Positions 39,916 through 49,653 of a stretch of DNA of 64,000 nt are shown here, in pieces. A program made the translations under genes and the position numbers. Numbering within the stretch: position 1 is the first letter of the stretch; every line of letters begins with the position of its first letter. Source of the DNA: Candidatus Hermodarchaeota archaeon (GTDB taxonomy: Archaea; Asgardarchaeota; Hermodarchaeia; Hermodarchaeales; Hermodarchaeaceae); assembly GCA_016839805.1 (NCBI GenBank), contig JAEOTO010000032.1, forward strand, positions 160,001-224,000, given 5' to 3'. A model generated the notes under the pieces. It had not been told where the DNA came from, did no database searches, and was given only the letters and a program-made list of their open reading frames with translations.

Positions 39916-42240
39916 ATGACTAAAACCCAGCAAGCAGAAATTCGAGTTGTTGGTGTCGTACAAGGTATTGGCTTCCGACCATTCATCTACTCGCAGGCTA
40001 TAAAACATCAGCTGCTAGGATATGTTTTGAATACAGGTAATTCCGCTGTTAAAATTATTGTAGAAGGAGAAAAAAACAATATCATTGATTTCATTGATTC
40101 CATTGAACGAGATAAGCCTTTCCTCGCAGTAATTGATAGTATACAAACCATTTGGCGATCCTCAACTAATGGGTTTACCGATTTTCAAATTCACATCTCA
40201 AAGAATGAAGAAAAAGCCGGCGGATCAATAATCCCAGCAGATATTGCAGTCTGCGAAGATTGCATCAAAGATATGTCTAACCCTCACTCAAGACACTATC
40301 AATACCCCATGACTTGTTGTGCGATTTGTGGTCCACGTTATACCACCATCACAGACACGCCTTACGACCGCGAACGAACCACAATGGTTGACTTCCCGCT
40401 TTGTGAAGACTGTTCTGCCGAATTCAATAATCCCCTTAACCGACGATACAACGCACAAACAATTTGTTGCCCAAAATGCGGCCCAGAATTTCGACTAATC
40501 AATTCAGAGGGTTTGGTTGTTGACGCTACTGATGTATTTCAGGAAACCGTCAAGCTGTTAAACAAGGGTAAAATCGTCGCAATAAAGGGATTAGGCGGCA
40601 TTCACCTTGCAGTAAGAGCCGAACTTGAAGAAGAAGTACAACGTTTACGCAAGTTAAGAAACAAACCCCATAAACCATTAGCGATTATGTCACCTAACCT
40701 TGATGCAATTAAGCAATATGCTAGAGTCAACGACACGGCAAAGCAATTATTATTATCGTGGCGACGGCCTATTGTAGTTTTAGAAAAAATTAAAAAATTC
40801 CAGTTAGCCCCTTCCTTAGCTCCTGGACTTGACACGATTGGGGTAATGCTTCCCTACTCAGGAATCTACCTACGTTTATTCGATGGCCTCCAAGATGTCG
40901 CACTAGTGATGACTAGTGCTAATCCAGTAGGTTTACCAACCATCATTCACGCCAATACCTTCCAAGAACGCTTCATGAAAATGGCTGATTTCTTTCTCAC
41001 TCATAACCGTACAATTTACCAACGATGTGATGACTCAGTAGTTATCCCCACAAATGATCAAACCCTTATCATCCGCCGATCAAGAGGTTATACCCCTGAA
41101 CCCATTAATACAGCGAATATGGGACCTCCCATTCTAGCATTAGGAGCATTAGAAAAAAACACTGGCGCCATTTACCACAAAAAACGCATTTTCCTCACAC
41201 AGCACATAGGTGATGTTGACACCATAGAAACGTTACAATATCTCCAAGAAAGTCTATCACAGCTCCAAAAGCTACTACGTATCAGCAGCTTTGATGCAAT
41301 TGCCTGTGATCTTCACCCTGATTTCCTTACCACCCAATATGCCGAAAAGTTAGCCAAAGAACAAAAAATACCCCTAGTCCAGGTTCAACACCATCACTCC
41401 CACCTTGCTGCATTACTAGCTGACCATCAATTACCAATGGATGAAGAAATAATTGCCATCTGCTGTGATGGCGCAGGATACGGACCCGATAATACTATCT
41501 GGGGTGGAGAAATACTAGCGGGGAATGCACGTGAATACCAACGCGTAGGATATCTCGAACCGCACCCAATGCCCGGAGGAGATCTTGCGGCACAATACCC
41601 GTTCAGAATGCTCATGGGAATTCTATCTAAGAAATATTCGCAAACCAAATTAGAGCGCGTGTTTCAAAAAGAAGCAAAAAAAGCCTTACCTCAAGGCCAA
41701 ATGGAGTTACAAAACGTCATCACTCAAACATACCAAAAAATCAACACCCCCTTAACATCGAGCACCGGCAGAATTCTTGATGCTTTAGCAGCTCTCCTTC
41801 AAGTTTCTTACAAAAGGACATACGAAGGCGAACCAGCAATCCGTTTCGAAGCCTATGCAAACTCAGGTAAAAATAACCCCAAAGTTCATTTGGAAATCCC
41901 TGTAACCCGACAGGAATCCTCGTACCTTCTTGATACAGGAACCCTGGTCGACCAAGTTTTTCAACAACGATCAGACATACAGGGACCTGACCTAGCGTTG
42001 GCCGCACATCTAACTCTTGGTCAAGCCCTAGCAAATATCGCTGTACAATCAGCTAATGCGCGCGGATTAAATCGAATCGGTTTTTCAGGTGGCGTAGCAT
42101 ACAATAAGATCTTAACTAAGACCATTCGAGATGCAGTCGAATTAGAAGGGCTGACTTTTTTACTCCATCGAAATGTACCCCCAGGTGACGCAGGAACATC
42201 GGTAGGACAATCCCTTGTGGCACGCTCTCAAATTATTTGA
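39916..42240 (+). CDS. hypF: Hydrogenase maturation carbamoyltransferase HypF
   Basis: GVVQGIGFRPF, two Zn fingers, KGLGG, CDLHP, QHHHSH, GDAGTSVGQ. Confidence 0.95.
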   Translation: MTKTQQAEIRVVGVVQGIGFRPFIYSQAIKHQLLGYVLNTGNSAVKIIVEGEKNNIIDFIDSIERDKPFLAVIDSIQTIWRSSTNGFTDFQIHISKNEEKAGGSIIPADIAVCEDCIKDMSNPHSRHYQYPMTCCAICGPRYTTITDTPYDRERTTMVDFPLCEDCSAEFNNPLNRRYNAQTICCPKCGPEFRLINSEGLVVDATDVFQETVKLLNKGKIVAIKGLGGIHLAVRAELEEEVQRLRKLRNKPHKPLAIMSPNLDAIKQYARVNDTAKQLLLSWRRPIVVLEKIKKFQLAPSLAPGLDTIGVMLPYSGIYLRLFDGLQDVALVMTSANPVGLPTIIHANTFQERFMKMADFFLTHNRTIYQRCDDSVVIPTNDQTLIIRRSRGYTPEPINTANMGPPILALGALEKNTGAIYHKKRIFLTQHIGDVDTIETLQYLQESLSQLQKLLRISSFDAIACDLHPDFLTTQYAEKLAKEQKIPLVQVQHHHSHLAALLADHQLPMDEEIIAICCDGAGYGPDNTIWGGEILAGNAREYQRVGYLEPHPMPGGDLAAQYPFRMLMGILSKKYSQTKLERVFQKEAKKALPQGQMELQNVITQTYQKINTPLTSSTGRILDALAALLQVSYKRTYEGEPAIRFEAYANSGKNNPKVHLEIPVTRQESSYLLDTGTLVDQVFQQRSDIQGPDLALAAHLTLGQALANIAVQSANARGLNRIGFSGGVAYNKILTKTIRDAVELEGLTFLLHRNVPPGDAGTSVGQSLVARSQII

Positions 42241-42283
42241 ACCCGTTGTTATTGAATCAACGTATTTGTTGAACAAAGACTAA

Positions 42284-42323
42284 TTCATTTATTTCAATGA
42301 ATTCATTAAGTTCCAGTGGAAAT
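42284..42323. repeat. 9-bp array (site F) abutting a mini-ORB
   Basis: TTCATTTAT TTCAATGAA TTCATTAAG followed directly by TTCCAGTGGAAAT. Confidence 0.7.
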
Positions 42324-42378
42324 CATCCACAACTAATATAAATACCGGTTTATTATCTAGACGCAGAGTTGTGGTTAA

Positions 42379-42672
42379 ATGGCAGCTACTCGAACAACAC
42401 AGCAAACCCGACATGGTGCTCAAAAAGGTAAAAACCGTCAAAGCACATCAACTGTACAGGCCGCAGCACCAACAAACCCCAAGGTAAATATCATCGATTT
42501 ACTTCGAGATAAAGGTGCTTTAACTAGGGGTGATATCACAACAGAAACGGGGATCCCACGTACAACTGTATATGATACCTTGATGAATCTCCTCATTTCT
42601 GGGGTTATTGAAAAGTATGTTGAAAAAAATGGTCGTCGTGGTCGGCCATCTGTTTATTATCAACTTGTATAA
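42379..42672 (+). CDS. TrmB-like winged-helix protein
   Basis: LTRGDITTETGIPRTTVYDTL...GRRGRPSVYY. Confidence 0.8.
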   Translation: MAATRTTQQTRHGAQKGKNRQSTSTVQAAAPTNPKVNIIDLLRDKGALTRGDITTETGIPRTTVYDTLMNLLISGVIEKYVEKNGRRGRPSVYYQLV

Positions 42673-42687
42673 TCCCTAGCAACTAAG

Positions 42688-43861
42688 CCCCTTTGTTTCC
42701 ACTGGAACCTCATTTATTAGGTTTTTCTGTGATAATCTAGACACATTAGAAAATGCGCAAAACCATTCTATGAAACATTAAGAAAAGGCTTCTAGAAACG
42801 GGAAACTATTAATACATCCTAAACTAAAAACAAACGGGTATTATTCTTCGAATAACATATTTCCATGCACAAACTCTTTATTTTCTTCGAGTTCCAGTGG
42901 AAACGAAGGGGAGTAATATTATTATTTCATCATCTTGTTCTTAGTAGATCGTAGAACGTCTTCATTGATGTAATATATGAAAGTTTATAACTATAGTTCA
43001 TAACTTTTTATAATAAAACAATACACACAATCAAAAATCCCTAAGAATTGATATCATAGAGTCTGAAGATTTTCGGTGGTTATACTTTTGTAGCCAGAAT
43101 TGTGGCAATTTCTTCTTCTAATACCTCGATATTAACCCGGTATTCACGTTGTGCAGGTGATCCACGCCGGGTAAGGTTGCCTTCGTCATGCAGTCTTCGG
43201 AGGTATTGAGATGCAGTAGCTAATCGGAGGGGTGTATGGAAGGTCCGATTATAGAGTTCTTGGATGTCACTAGAGGTAAACCAGCCGTGCCGGCAGTGAC
43301 GGAGTACAATATAGCGGACTTTACGGAACAGGCTCCAAGATTCGATATCCGCTAGAGTGGTTAATTCCTTTGCGGGTGTTGTTGGTGTTTCTTCAGTGCC
43401 AGATTGATTGAGTGCTTTGGATATTGATTGTGTAATGGATTCAGGCAAACCATCATCGAAGGTAATGGTCAGGTTGCAGGTTTTTCCCTCGATTGTGAGG
43501 CCTTCGATGGTAATCTTTTGCTTCTTTTTCTTCATTGTTCCGTCACCTGGTATCTTCTACCCTGCTCTCCGCGTCCCATTATATTCTGGCTTGTTCACAA
43601 TAATAAAAGTGTGACGGTGTGAAGTACTAAGTTAGGGTTTATACACGAAATGTGAGTTGATGTCTTTCTTGTAATTATGGGGGTTTCAAGCTTTATTCAG
43701 AATTCTTTGGTTTTTGGTGGTAAATACGGGTTCTCTGGGTTTATTTTTGGATTTCAGGTACTTTCTCCATTTCTTCTCATTGTTCACAAGTTATCGTTTG
43801 TTTATTAGTTGTTTGTATTAATCTAAGGTCTTAGAGGGTAGTTCCAGTGGAAACAAAGGGG
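42688..43861. other. Replication origin (oriC) with ORB boxes
   Basis: GTTCCAGTGGAAAC(A/G)AAGGGG at 42688-42708 (-), 42891-42911 (+) and 43841-43861 (+); AT-rich spacers; upstream of cdc6. Confidence 0.9.
43080..43535 (-). CDS. Winged-helix protein embedded between ORBs
   Basis: WFTSSDIQELY...LATASQYLRRLHDEGNLTRRG...EY. Confidence 0.75.
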   Translation of the reverse strand: MKKKKQKITIEGLTIEGKTCNLTITFDDGLPESITQSISKALNQSGTEETPTTPAKELTTLADIESWSLFRKVRYIVLRHCRHGWFTSSDIQELYNRTFHTPLRLATASQYLRRLHDEGNLTRRGSPAQREYRVNIEVLEEEIATILATKV

Positions 43862-44108
43862 TGACTATCTGTTCACTAATGTTTTTATTCGAAATAATGG
43901 CGCGTTTAGAGAAAGATATCATAAAATAGGTTATTTTTGATGTTATGTTGACATTTAACGCGCCAAATGTGAACAAATCAACAGTGATTATTTCAAAGAA
44001 TCGTTTGATAACTCACCTTAATTACGAAATGCTAATATGGAATGGGTGCACACTTCCAAAAGAAACGCTGGGATTTCCTATGGGAGCCTGGTGGAGGATC
44101 GATGATTT

Positions 44109-45344
44109 ATGGATGACCCACGCCCACTTGATCGCATCTTCGAACGTTTTAGTACCGGGCCCTCCCTCATTCGTGATAGGAAAGTTCTCTGGCATTCATA
44201 TGTTCCGGATGAATTACCTCATCGTGAAGAACAAATCACCCAGATTGGAAGCATTTTGGCAACTGGGTTGAAAGGAAGTCGCCCGTCTAATGTTTTTGTG
44301 TATGGGAAACCTGGAACGGGGAAAACGGCAGTAACTCGGTATGTCCTTCGAGAGTTGACAACTAAATTTGGAGAGCTTCAGTTACCTTTCAAATCGGTGT
44401 ATTTGAATTGTCGTAACGTTGATACTGATTATCGGGTTCTGGCCCGAATTTGTGCAGAGTTGGGTCAAAAGGTTCCTTTTACTGGGTTGCCAACTGACGA
44501 AGTTCATTCGCGTCTTATTGAGTTGTTGGAAAGCCAGGATTTACTCACTATTATTGTTCTTGATGAAGTTGACCGTTTGGTTTTGAAGAGTGGAGATGAC
44601 ACCCTGTATAAATTAACGCGAATTAATTATGAGCTATCAAATTCACGGGTTAGTTTAATTGGGATCTCTAACGATCTTCGATTTCCTGAATACTTGGACC
44701 CGCGGGTGTTGAGTAGTTTAAGTGAGGAAAAGGTCATTTTTCATCCGTATACGGCATTACAGCTGCAGGATATCTTACGACGCCGTAGTTCTCATGGCCT
44801 AAAAGATGGAATTCTTGAAGAACCTGGTGTAATTAATTTGTGTGCGGCGCTGGCTGCACGAGAAGAGGGTGATGCAAGACGCGCTTTAGATCTATTTCGA
44901 GTTTCGGTAGAGGTCGCTGAACGCGAAGGAAGTAAAGATGTTTCAGTTGACCACGTTGAAAAGGCACGTTTAAGCATTGAGCGAGATACCGTGCTCGAAG
45001 TGCTCCGTACACTTCCTTTACAACAGAAATTGGTTCTTTATGCTGTTTACATACTGGGTCGTTACAAACATCCACATCCTGTAACGGGGGAAGTTCAAGA
45101 TGTGTATGGCGATTTATGCAATGAATTAGGGATTGACTCTCTAACGCAACGTCGTGTTAGTGATCTTATCAATGATTTAGATGCCATTGGGCTAGTAAAT
45201 GCTAAGGTAGTCAGTAAGGGGAGGTATGGCCGGACAAAGATAATTCGGTTGAGCGTTTCAAACAAAATGGTAGCTGAAGTTTTAGAACGTGATAGCCGAA
45301 TTAAAACGCTCTCAAGTTATATACCGAAAAATCTTGGAAAATAA
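44109..45344 (+). CDS. cdc6: Origin-associated Cdc6/Orc1 initiator
   Basis: YVPDELPHREEQI, GKPGTGKT, LDEVD, GDARRALD, SKGRYGRT. Confidence 0.97.
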   Translation: MDDPRPLDRIFERFSTGPSLIRDRKVLWHSYVPDELPHREEQITQIGSILATGLKGSRPSNVFVYGKPGTGKTAVTRYVLRELTTKFGELQLPFKSVYLNCRNVDTDYRVLARICAELGQKVPFTGLPTDEVHSRLIELLESQDLLTIIVLDEVDRLVLKSGDDTLYKLTRINYELSNSRVSLIGISNDLRFPEYLDPRVLSSLSEEKVIFHPYTALQLQDILRRRSSHGLKDGILEEPGVINLCAALAAREEGDARRALDLFRVSVEVAEREGSKDVSVDHVEKARLSIERDTVLEVLRTLPLQQKLVLYAVYILGRYKHPHPVTGEVQDVYGDLCNELGIDSLTQRRVSDLINDLDAIGLVNAKVVSKGRYGRTKIIRLSVSNKMVAEVLERDSRIKTLSSYIPKNLGK

Positions 45345-45947
45345 TTGTCCGGTAATGAGGGTTCTTCTATGTTTGGTGTTCCACGTGGTTCAATTCGTTT
45401 GGTGGGTTATGCGTTTCGGGCCTTAGGAAAAAAAACTATACCTTTGCAGCAATTAATTTTTTTTCTCTCTTTTGATTTAAGACAAATGACTCCTTCCAAA
45501 GCAAAGAAATTTATTCACGATTTACATGCTGACGGAAGAATTGTATTTAAAGACGATTTGGTCTCATTACCTCCTGACCTTGTGATTGAATCGGAACAGC
45601 CTACATCTAGTTCTACTGAAAACTTAGGGGCCTTACTCCAGCACTTCGTTAGCAATTCACGCCTTTCTCGGGCAGTAGGGATGAGTAATCAAGCCCTAGA
45701 AATTAAAATAGCTTCACAAAACCCATTAAGACTAGAAGCTAAAGTACATGGGTCCCAGGATTATATTCTTGTTCTTGATGAGGCCCTAAGACAAATTCAG
45801 CATAATTGTCCTGATTGGAAACGAGTAAGTGTGCTTCACCGGTTTTGTAAGCATGTGGCGAAACTCTTTTTGTTATTAGAAAAAGATGAGTCGATTAGGG
45901 TTTTACAGTCTTTGCAAGAGGAATCGTGGGATTTTGTTCAGCTTTGA
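45345..45947 (+). CDS. DUF2240-like N-terminal domain fused to a SWIM Zn finger
   Basis: FFLSFDLRQMTPSKAK; VHGSQDY...HNCPDW...FCKHV. Confidence 0.6.
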   Translation: MSGNEGSSMFGVPRGSIRLVGYAFRALGKKTIPLQQLIFFLSFDLRQMTPSKAKKFIHDLHADGRIVFKDDLVSLPPDLVIESEQPTSSSTENLGALLQHFVSNSRLSRAVGMSNQALEIKIASQNPLRLEAKVHGSQDYILVLDEALRQIQHNCPDWKRVSVLHRFCKHVAKLFLLLEKDESIRVLQSLQEESWDFVQL

Positions 45948-47509
45948 GTGAAATTCAGAGTTTTCACATTAAGGGTTTGAAGATTGACAAGTGGAATGAT
46001 TCCGGGTGTTGGTTCGATTCCGATAAGCTTTTGATAATTAGTCTGACTCTGAAAGGTACCGGAATTAATGAGAAGGGTTTTCCGGTAACTTCCTACGCTG
46101 GTAACATGAACATGTCCGCAATGGAGTATATCAGGTACCTCATCGATAACTAGCCAATCACGGGGCTCGGGTGCTAATGTAGTCCCAATTCGGTCGTCTT
46201 TCTTTTTTCCGTAAATTGGGGCAAGGTGTCGACCACGAAGCATCTCTCGCATTGCAACGAACCTTGCCTCCATTTCGGGTTTAGAAAGAGCGGCCATGAT
46301 ATCTACTAAACTGTCACCATGATAGATGAGGACATTGACTCCATGAAGACTCACTTGCGAAGGGCATCCTAGCGAAGTTACTTCAGTTCCTGAATCGTTG
46401 AGTACACTTAGAAACTTCTCATCGATTGCAGGTCGAGGTAAAGCTAACCGAACTCCATCATGGTTACCAGGCGCTATTAAGACTTGAATGTGATTAGGGA
46501 TTTCTTGAAGAAGACGATTCAGTCCCTTGAATTGACTATCAAGGTCATGAATGGTAATTTCAGCAAGTTGGTTCGGGTAAATTCCAATTCCATCAACAAG
46601 GTCGCCATTTATTATGATATATTTCACGTTACCCGCTAGCTCAATATGTTCCTTACTACCTTCCTTTCCCTGCAGCCAATCAAGAACTCTTTGGAATATT
46701 TTATCCAGAAAATGCTGGCTTCCAAAATGTATATCGGAAATCAGTAACGCGCTAATGTCCTCTTTAGCACGATTATTACGGCGATTAGATGGGATGTCGG
46801 GTAGAAACAAATCCTTTGCAATGAGCATTTCAGAGCTGATGATCGCACCTTCTATGCAAAGCACTTGGTCGAGTAAAACTAATTGTACTTTGGAAAAGAG
46901 ATTCGGGTCCCGATTCTGCACTATGACAGTGACTCGTCCTGTTAGGTCGTCCAATTCTATAGCAATATTCCCACTCTTTGTCATAGTCTTTTTCGTGACT
47001 TGACCAACAATTTTGATTGTTCTATCTTTATCATTCGTTGTGTTCTTCTTTGATTTCATTGCATCTTGGATGTCAATTATTCCCTTTCCATCTACTCGTT
47101 GGCTTAAGATGTCACGTAATCGGTAATATCGATCCTGAAAATTTGAAAGAAAGTCATCAATAGTGCCCTTGCCACGTAATTCGGGTGTAGGATCTTTGAG
47201 AATCTTGATTTCCGATTTTATGCCTTCTGCCGGCTGTCTTTTTTTTGTTGGCTGTGTTATTGGTTTCGTTGGTTTAGCGTCTTTTTCTTTGGTTATCTCA
47301 GGCGGTTCAATCCGAGGTAATTGAAAATGTGTGGGTTTGAGAACAGGAGTTTCTAAAGGGTGAATTTTGTTTGTTGATAGAAAGGTATCCACAATCTGGT
47401 TTGGATTTGGTTCTTTTTGCAACATATCTAAGGTTTCTGGGCTAATTTGGAATCCGGCTTTGATTAATTTCGCAACAGCTGTTTGTACGTTGGTTTCTTC
47501 TGTTGACAC
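45938..47509 (-). CDS. polB: DNA polymerase D small (proofreading) subunit DP1
   Basis: OB fold, SDIHFGS, GDLVDGIGIYP, PGNHD, YHG, RHLAP, GHVH. Confidence 0.95.
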   Translation of the reverse strand: MSTEETNVQTAVAKLIKAGFQISPETLDMLQKEPNPNQIVDTFLSTNKIHPLETPVLKPTHFQLPRIEPPEITKEKDAKPTKPITQPTKKRQPAEGIKSEIKILKDPTPELRGKGTIDDFLSNFQDRYYRLRDILSQRVDGKGIIDIQDAMKSKKNTTNDKDRTIKIVGQVTKKTMTKSGNIAIELDDLTGRVTVIVQNRDPNLFSKVQLVLLDQVLCIEGAIISSEMLIAKDLFLPDIPSNRRNNRAKEDISALLISDIHFGSQHFLDKIFQRVLDWLQGKEGSKEHIELAGNVKYIIINGDLVDGIGIYPNQLAEITIHDLDSQFKGLNRLLQEIPNHIQVLIAPGNHDGVRLALPRPAIDEKFLSVLNDSGTEVTSLGCPSQVSLHGVNVLIYHGDSLVDIMAALSKPEMEARFVAMREMLRGRHLAPIYGKKKDDRIGTTLAPEPRDWLVIDEVPDILHCGHVHVTSVGSYRKTLLINSGTFQSQTNYQKLIGIEPTPGIIPLVNLQTLNVKTLNFTQS

Positions 47510-47610
47510 GCCTTATCGCCAATACATCAATGGGCAGTTATCTTTTTTGTAGAGTTCGGTTAGGATGATATCATAAGGAACCTTAACGAATATTATCAAG
47601 AACTCGATTT

Positions 47611-48579
47611 ATGGTGGTATCCATGGAGGCAAGGAAGTTACAGCAAGTTGGGGCGACTTTTCTTCTCTCAGTTCCCAAACACTGGGTCGAAGAACAAGGC
47701 CTGAAAAAAGGTTCGATGATTATTGTACATGAACGCGTGGATGGAATGCTGATAATTGATCCTGGTCTAGTTGAAGAACCATTGAAATTACGAAGTGTAA
47801 TCACTAATCCGTCGAATTTGGGGCGTAATATTTTAGCAGGGTATCTTGCGGGGAATGATGTTATTGAGGTTAATCTTGGGAATGAGATGACTCCGGTACT
47901 AAAACGTGAAATCAAGCGTATGTCTCAGTTTTTGGTTGGAGTTGAGATTATGGAAGAGGATGCGTCTACAATGACACTCCAATGTCTAATTCCACGAAGT
48001 ATTGACTCTCGAACTTATTTGCGACGTACTTATGGTATCGCTGCAAAGATGCATGAAGACGCAATACGTGCTTTTATTCGGAATGACCAAGAATTGGCAC
48101 AAGATGTGATTAACCGAGATCGCGAAGTGGATCGATTATATTTCCTTGTTGTTCGTCAGCTCCGGAAAGCTATTGCATCACCCACTGGTGACCTTATGCT
48201 TTCCCCACTTAATCTCCTCGATTATCGGCTTGTTGCCAAGGAAGTAGAAGCTATTGCAGATGGTTGTGCAAGTATCGCCGAACAAGTGATTACAGAAGGT
48301 TATGTGGTTCCTCCTCGTCCATTTGCACGTGTTCTAACGGAAATCAGTCAACAAGTCCTCCTCGCACATCGAGAGGCTATTACAGCGGTTATTAAACAAG
48401 ATAATAACCGGGCACGGCGTGTTATTGCCCTTCAAGAAAAAATTTCAAGGCTTGTTGTTGAAATAACTGAGGTATTAGCAAAACAGGACACATCGGTATT
48501 ACCCGTCTTTGATCGGGTAATCCATAATCTTGAAAGAATCTTTGAATCTAGCATTGATATTGCGGACCTTGTAATATGA
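47611..48579 (+). CDS. AbrB-PhoU phosphate uptake regulator family protein
   Basis: RKLQQVG...SVPKHW AbrB domain; DREVDRLY and ERI PhoU repeats. Confidence 0.85.
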   Translation: MVVSMEARKLQQVGATFLLSVPKHWVEEQGLKKGSMIIVHERVDGMLIIDPGLVEEPLKLRSVITNPSNLGRNILAGYLAGNDVIEVNLGNEMTPVLKREIKRMSQFLVGVEIMEEDASTMTLQCLIPRSIDSRTYLRRTYGIAAKMHEDAIRAFIRNDQELAQDVINRDREVDRLYFLVVRQLRKAIASPTGDLMLSPLNLLDYRLVAKEVEAIADGCASIAEQVITEGYVVPPRPFARVLTEISQQVLLAHREAITAVIKQDNNRARRVIALQEKISRLVVEITEVLAKQDTSVLPVFDRVIHNLERIFESSIDIADLVI

Positions 48580-48591
48580 ATAAATATGGAG

Positions 48592-48688
48592 TGGCGCGGA
48601 GTAGGGGATTTGAACCCCTGCGACCAGATGGTCACTGGATAACCCGATTTATCTCGAGTCCAGCGCGTTACCGCTCCGCCAACTCCGC
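48592..48688 (-). tRNA. tRNA-Ser(CGA) with a 12-nt 37/38 intron (48641-48652)
   Basis: GCGGAGT acceptor, G73-CCA, long variable arm, CTCG/CGGG central helix with 3-nt bulges. Confidence 0.9.
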
Positions 48689-48804
48689 TAGAATTTTGAA
48701 TATGACGGTACTCGCCAATAAACGTTTTTTCTCCTCTTTATCTTGTTTCACCCAAACACTTTATTTCCTGGGACGAGTCCCACAACTCAAATAGGTGAAT
48801 CTCT

Positions 48805-49653
48805 TTGGTCCAATCAAAAGACGTAACAGCTATACAAAGGAAGTATAAAATCATTGGGCGCCAAGACATAATAACTCAATGTCTTGCTTCGGATCAGGCA
48901 GATAAACATCTTCTTATCGAAGGACCAGTTGGTGTTGGCAAAACCACGATTGCTTCAGCTATAGCTGATTTCTTAGGGCGCTCTTTTTTCCGTGTTGATG
49001 GGGATGAACGTTATACTTCAGCAAAGCTGGTTGGTTGGTTTGATCCCCCCGTTGTGTTGCAACAAGGCTATACACGCGACACTTTCGTTCCGGGTCCATT
49101 AATTGAAACTATGGAAACTGGTGGGGTACTTTTTATTAATGAAATCAATCGGATGCCTGAAGCAACGCAAAATACATTACTCCCTGTCATGGATGAAGGG
49201 CGCTTACATGTACCCAAATTAGGAACAATCCTTGCAAAAAATGGTTTCCGCATTATTGCTACACAAAATCCTGAAGCCAGTGTGGGTGTTACACCTCTTG
49301 GTGAGGCGCTTCGTGATCGCTATGTCTGGTTGTACTTGGACTATCATTCTGAATCAGAAGAGCAAGAAATTGTGAAAATAAATACTGGCGTTAAAGATGA
49401 AGAAATTCTCAATATTGCTGTAGCTATTACACGTGCGACACGTGATTATGTCGACATTTTACGAGGGGCCAGCGTTCGGGGTGCAATAGATACCGCTAGT
49501 TTATACAAACAACTTCCTGGGGATGGTCATAAAATTTGGGAACAAGCAGCGGTGATGTCGCTGGTGCCAAAAATCGAATTGAATGATAATGCCCAAAAAT
49601 CACCAGTTGAAGTGATATTAACCTTAGTAAAATCAATTTTAGCAAATTTTTGA
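48805..49653 (+). CDS. MoxR-family AAA+ ATPase
   Basis: EGPVGVGKT, FVPGPL, INEINR, ATQNP, ALRDR. Confidence 0.9.
   Translation: MVQSKDVTAIQRKYKIIGRQDIITQCLASDQADKHLLIEGPVGVGKTTIASAIADFLGRSFFRVDGDERYTSAKLVGWFDPPVVLQQGYTRDTFVPGPLIETMETGGVLFINEINRMPEATQNTLLPVMDEGRLHVPKLGTILAKNGFRIIATQNPEASVGVTPLGEALRDRYVWLYLDYHSESEEQEIVKINTGVKDEEILNIAVAITRATRDYVDILRGASVRGAIDTASLYKQLPGDGHKIWEQAAVMSLVPKIELNDNAQKSPVEVILTLVKSILANF

Noticed and set aside
39619-39986. Long overlapping N-terminal extensions of hypF and the HTH-CBS gene
   Set aside because: These are ORF-caller artefacts; recognisable domains begin at about 39916 and 39824, leaving a normal divergent promoter.
46175-46222. Hairpin (CCCAATT...AATTGGG) over a short KKKDDRIG insertion in DP1, as a second mRNA intron
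   Set aside because: The frame is intact and the only BHB-like register I found would create a TAG stop on splicing.
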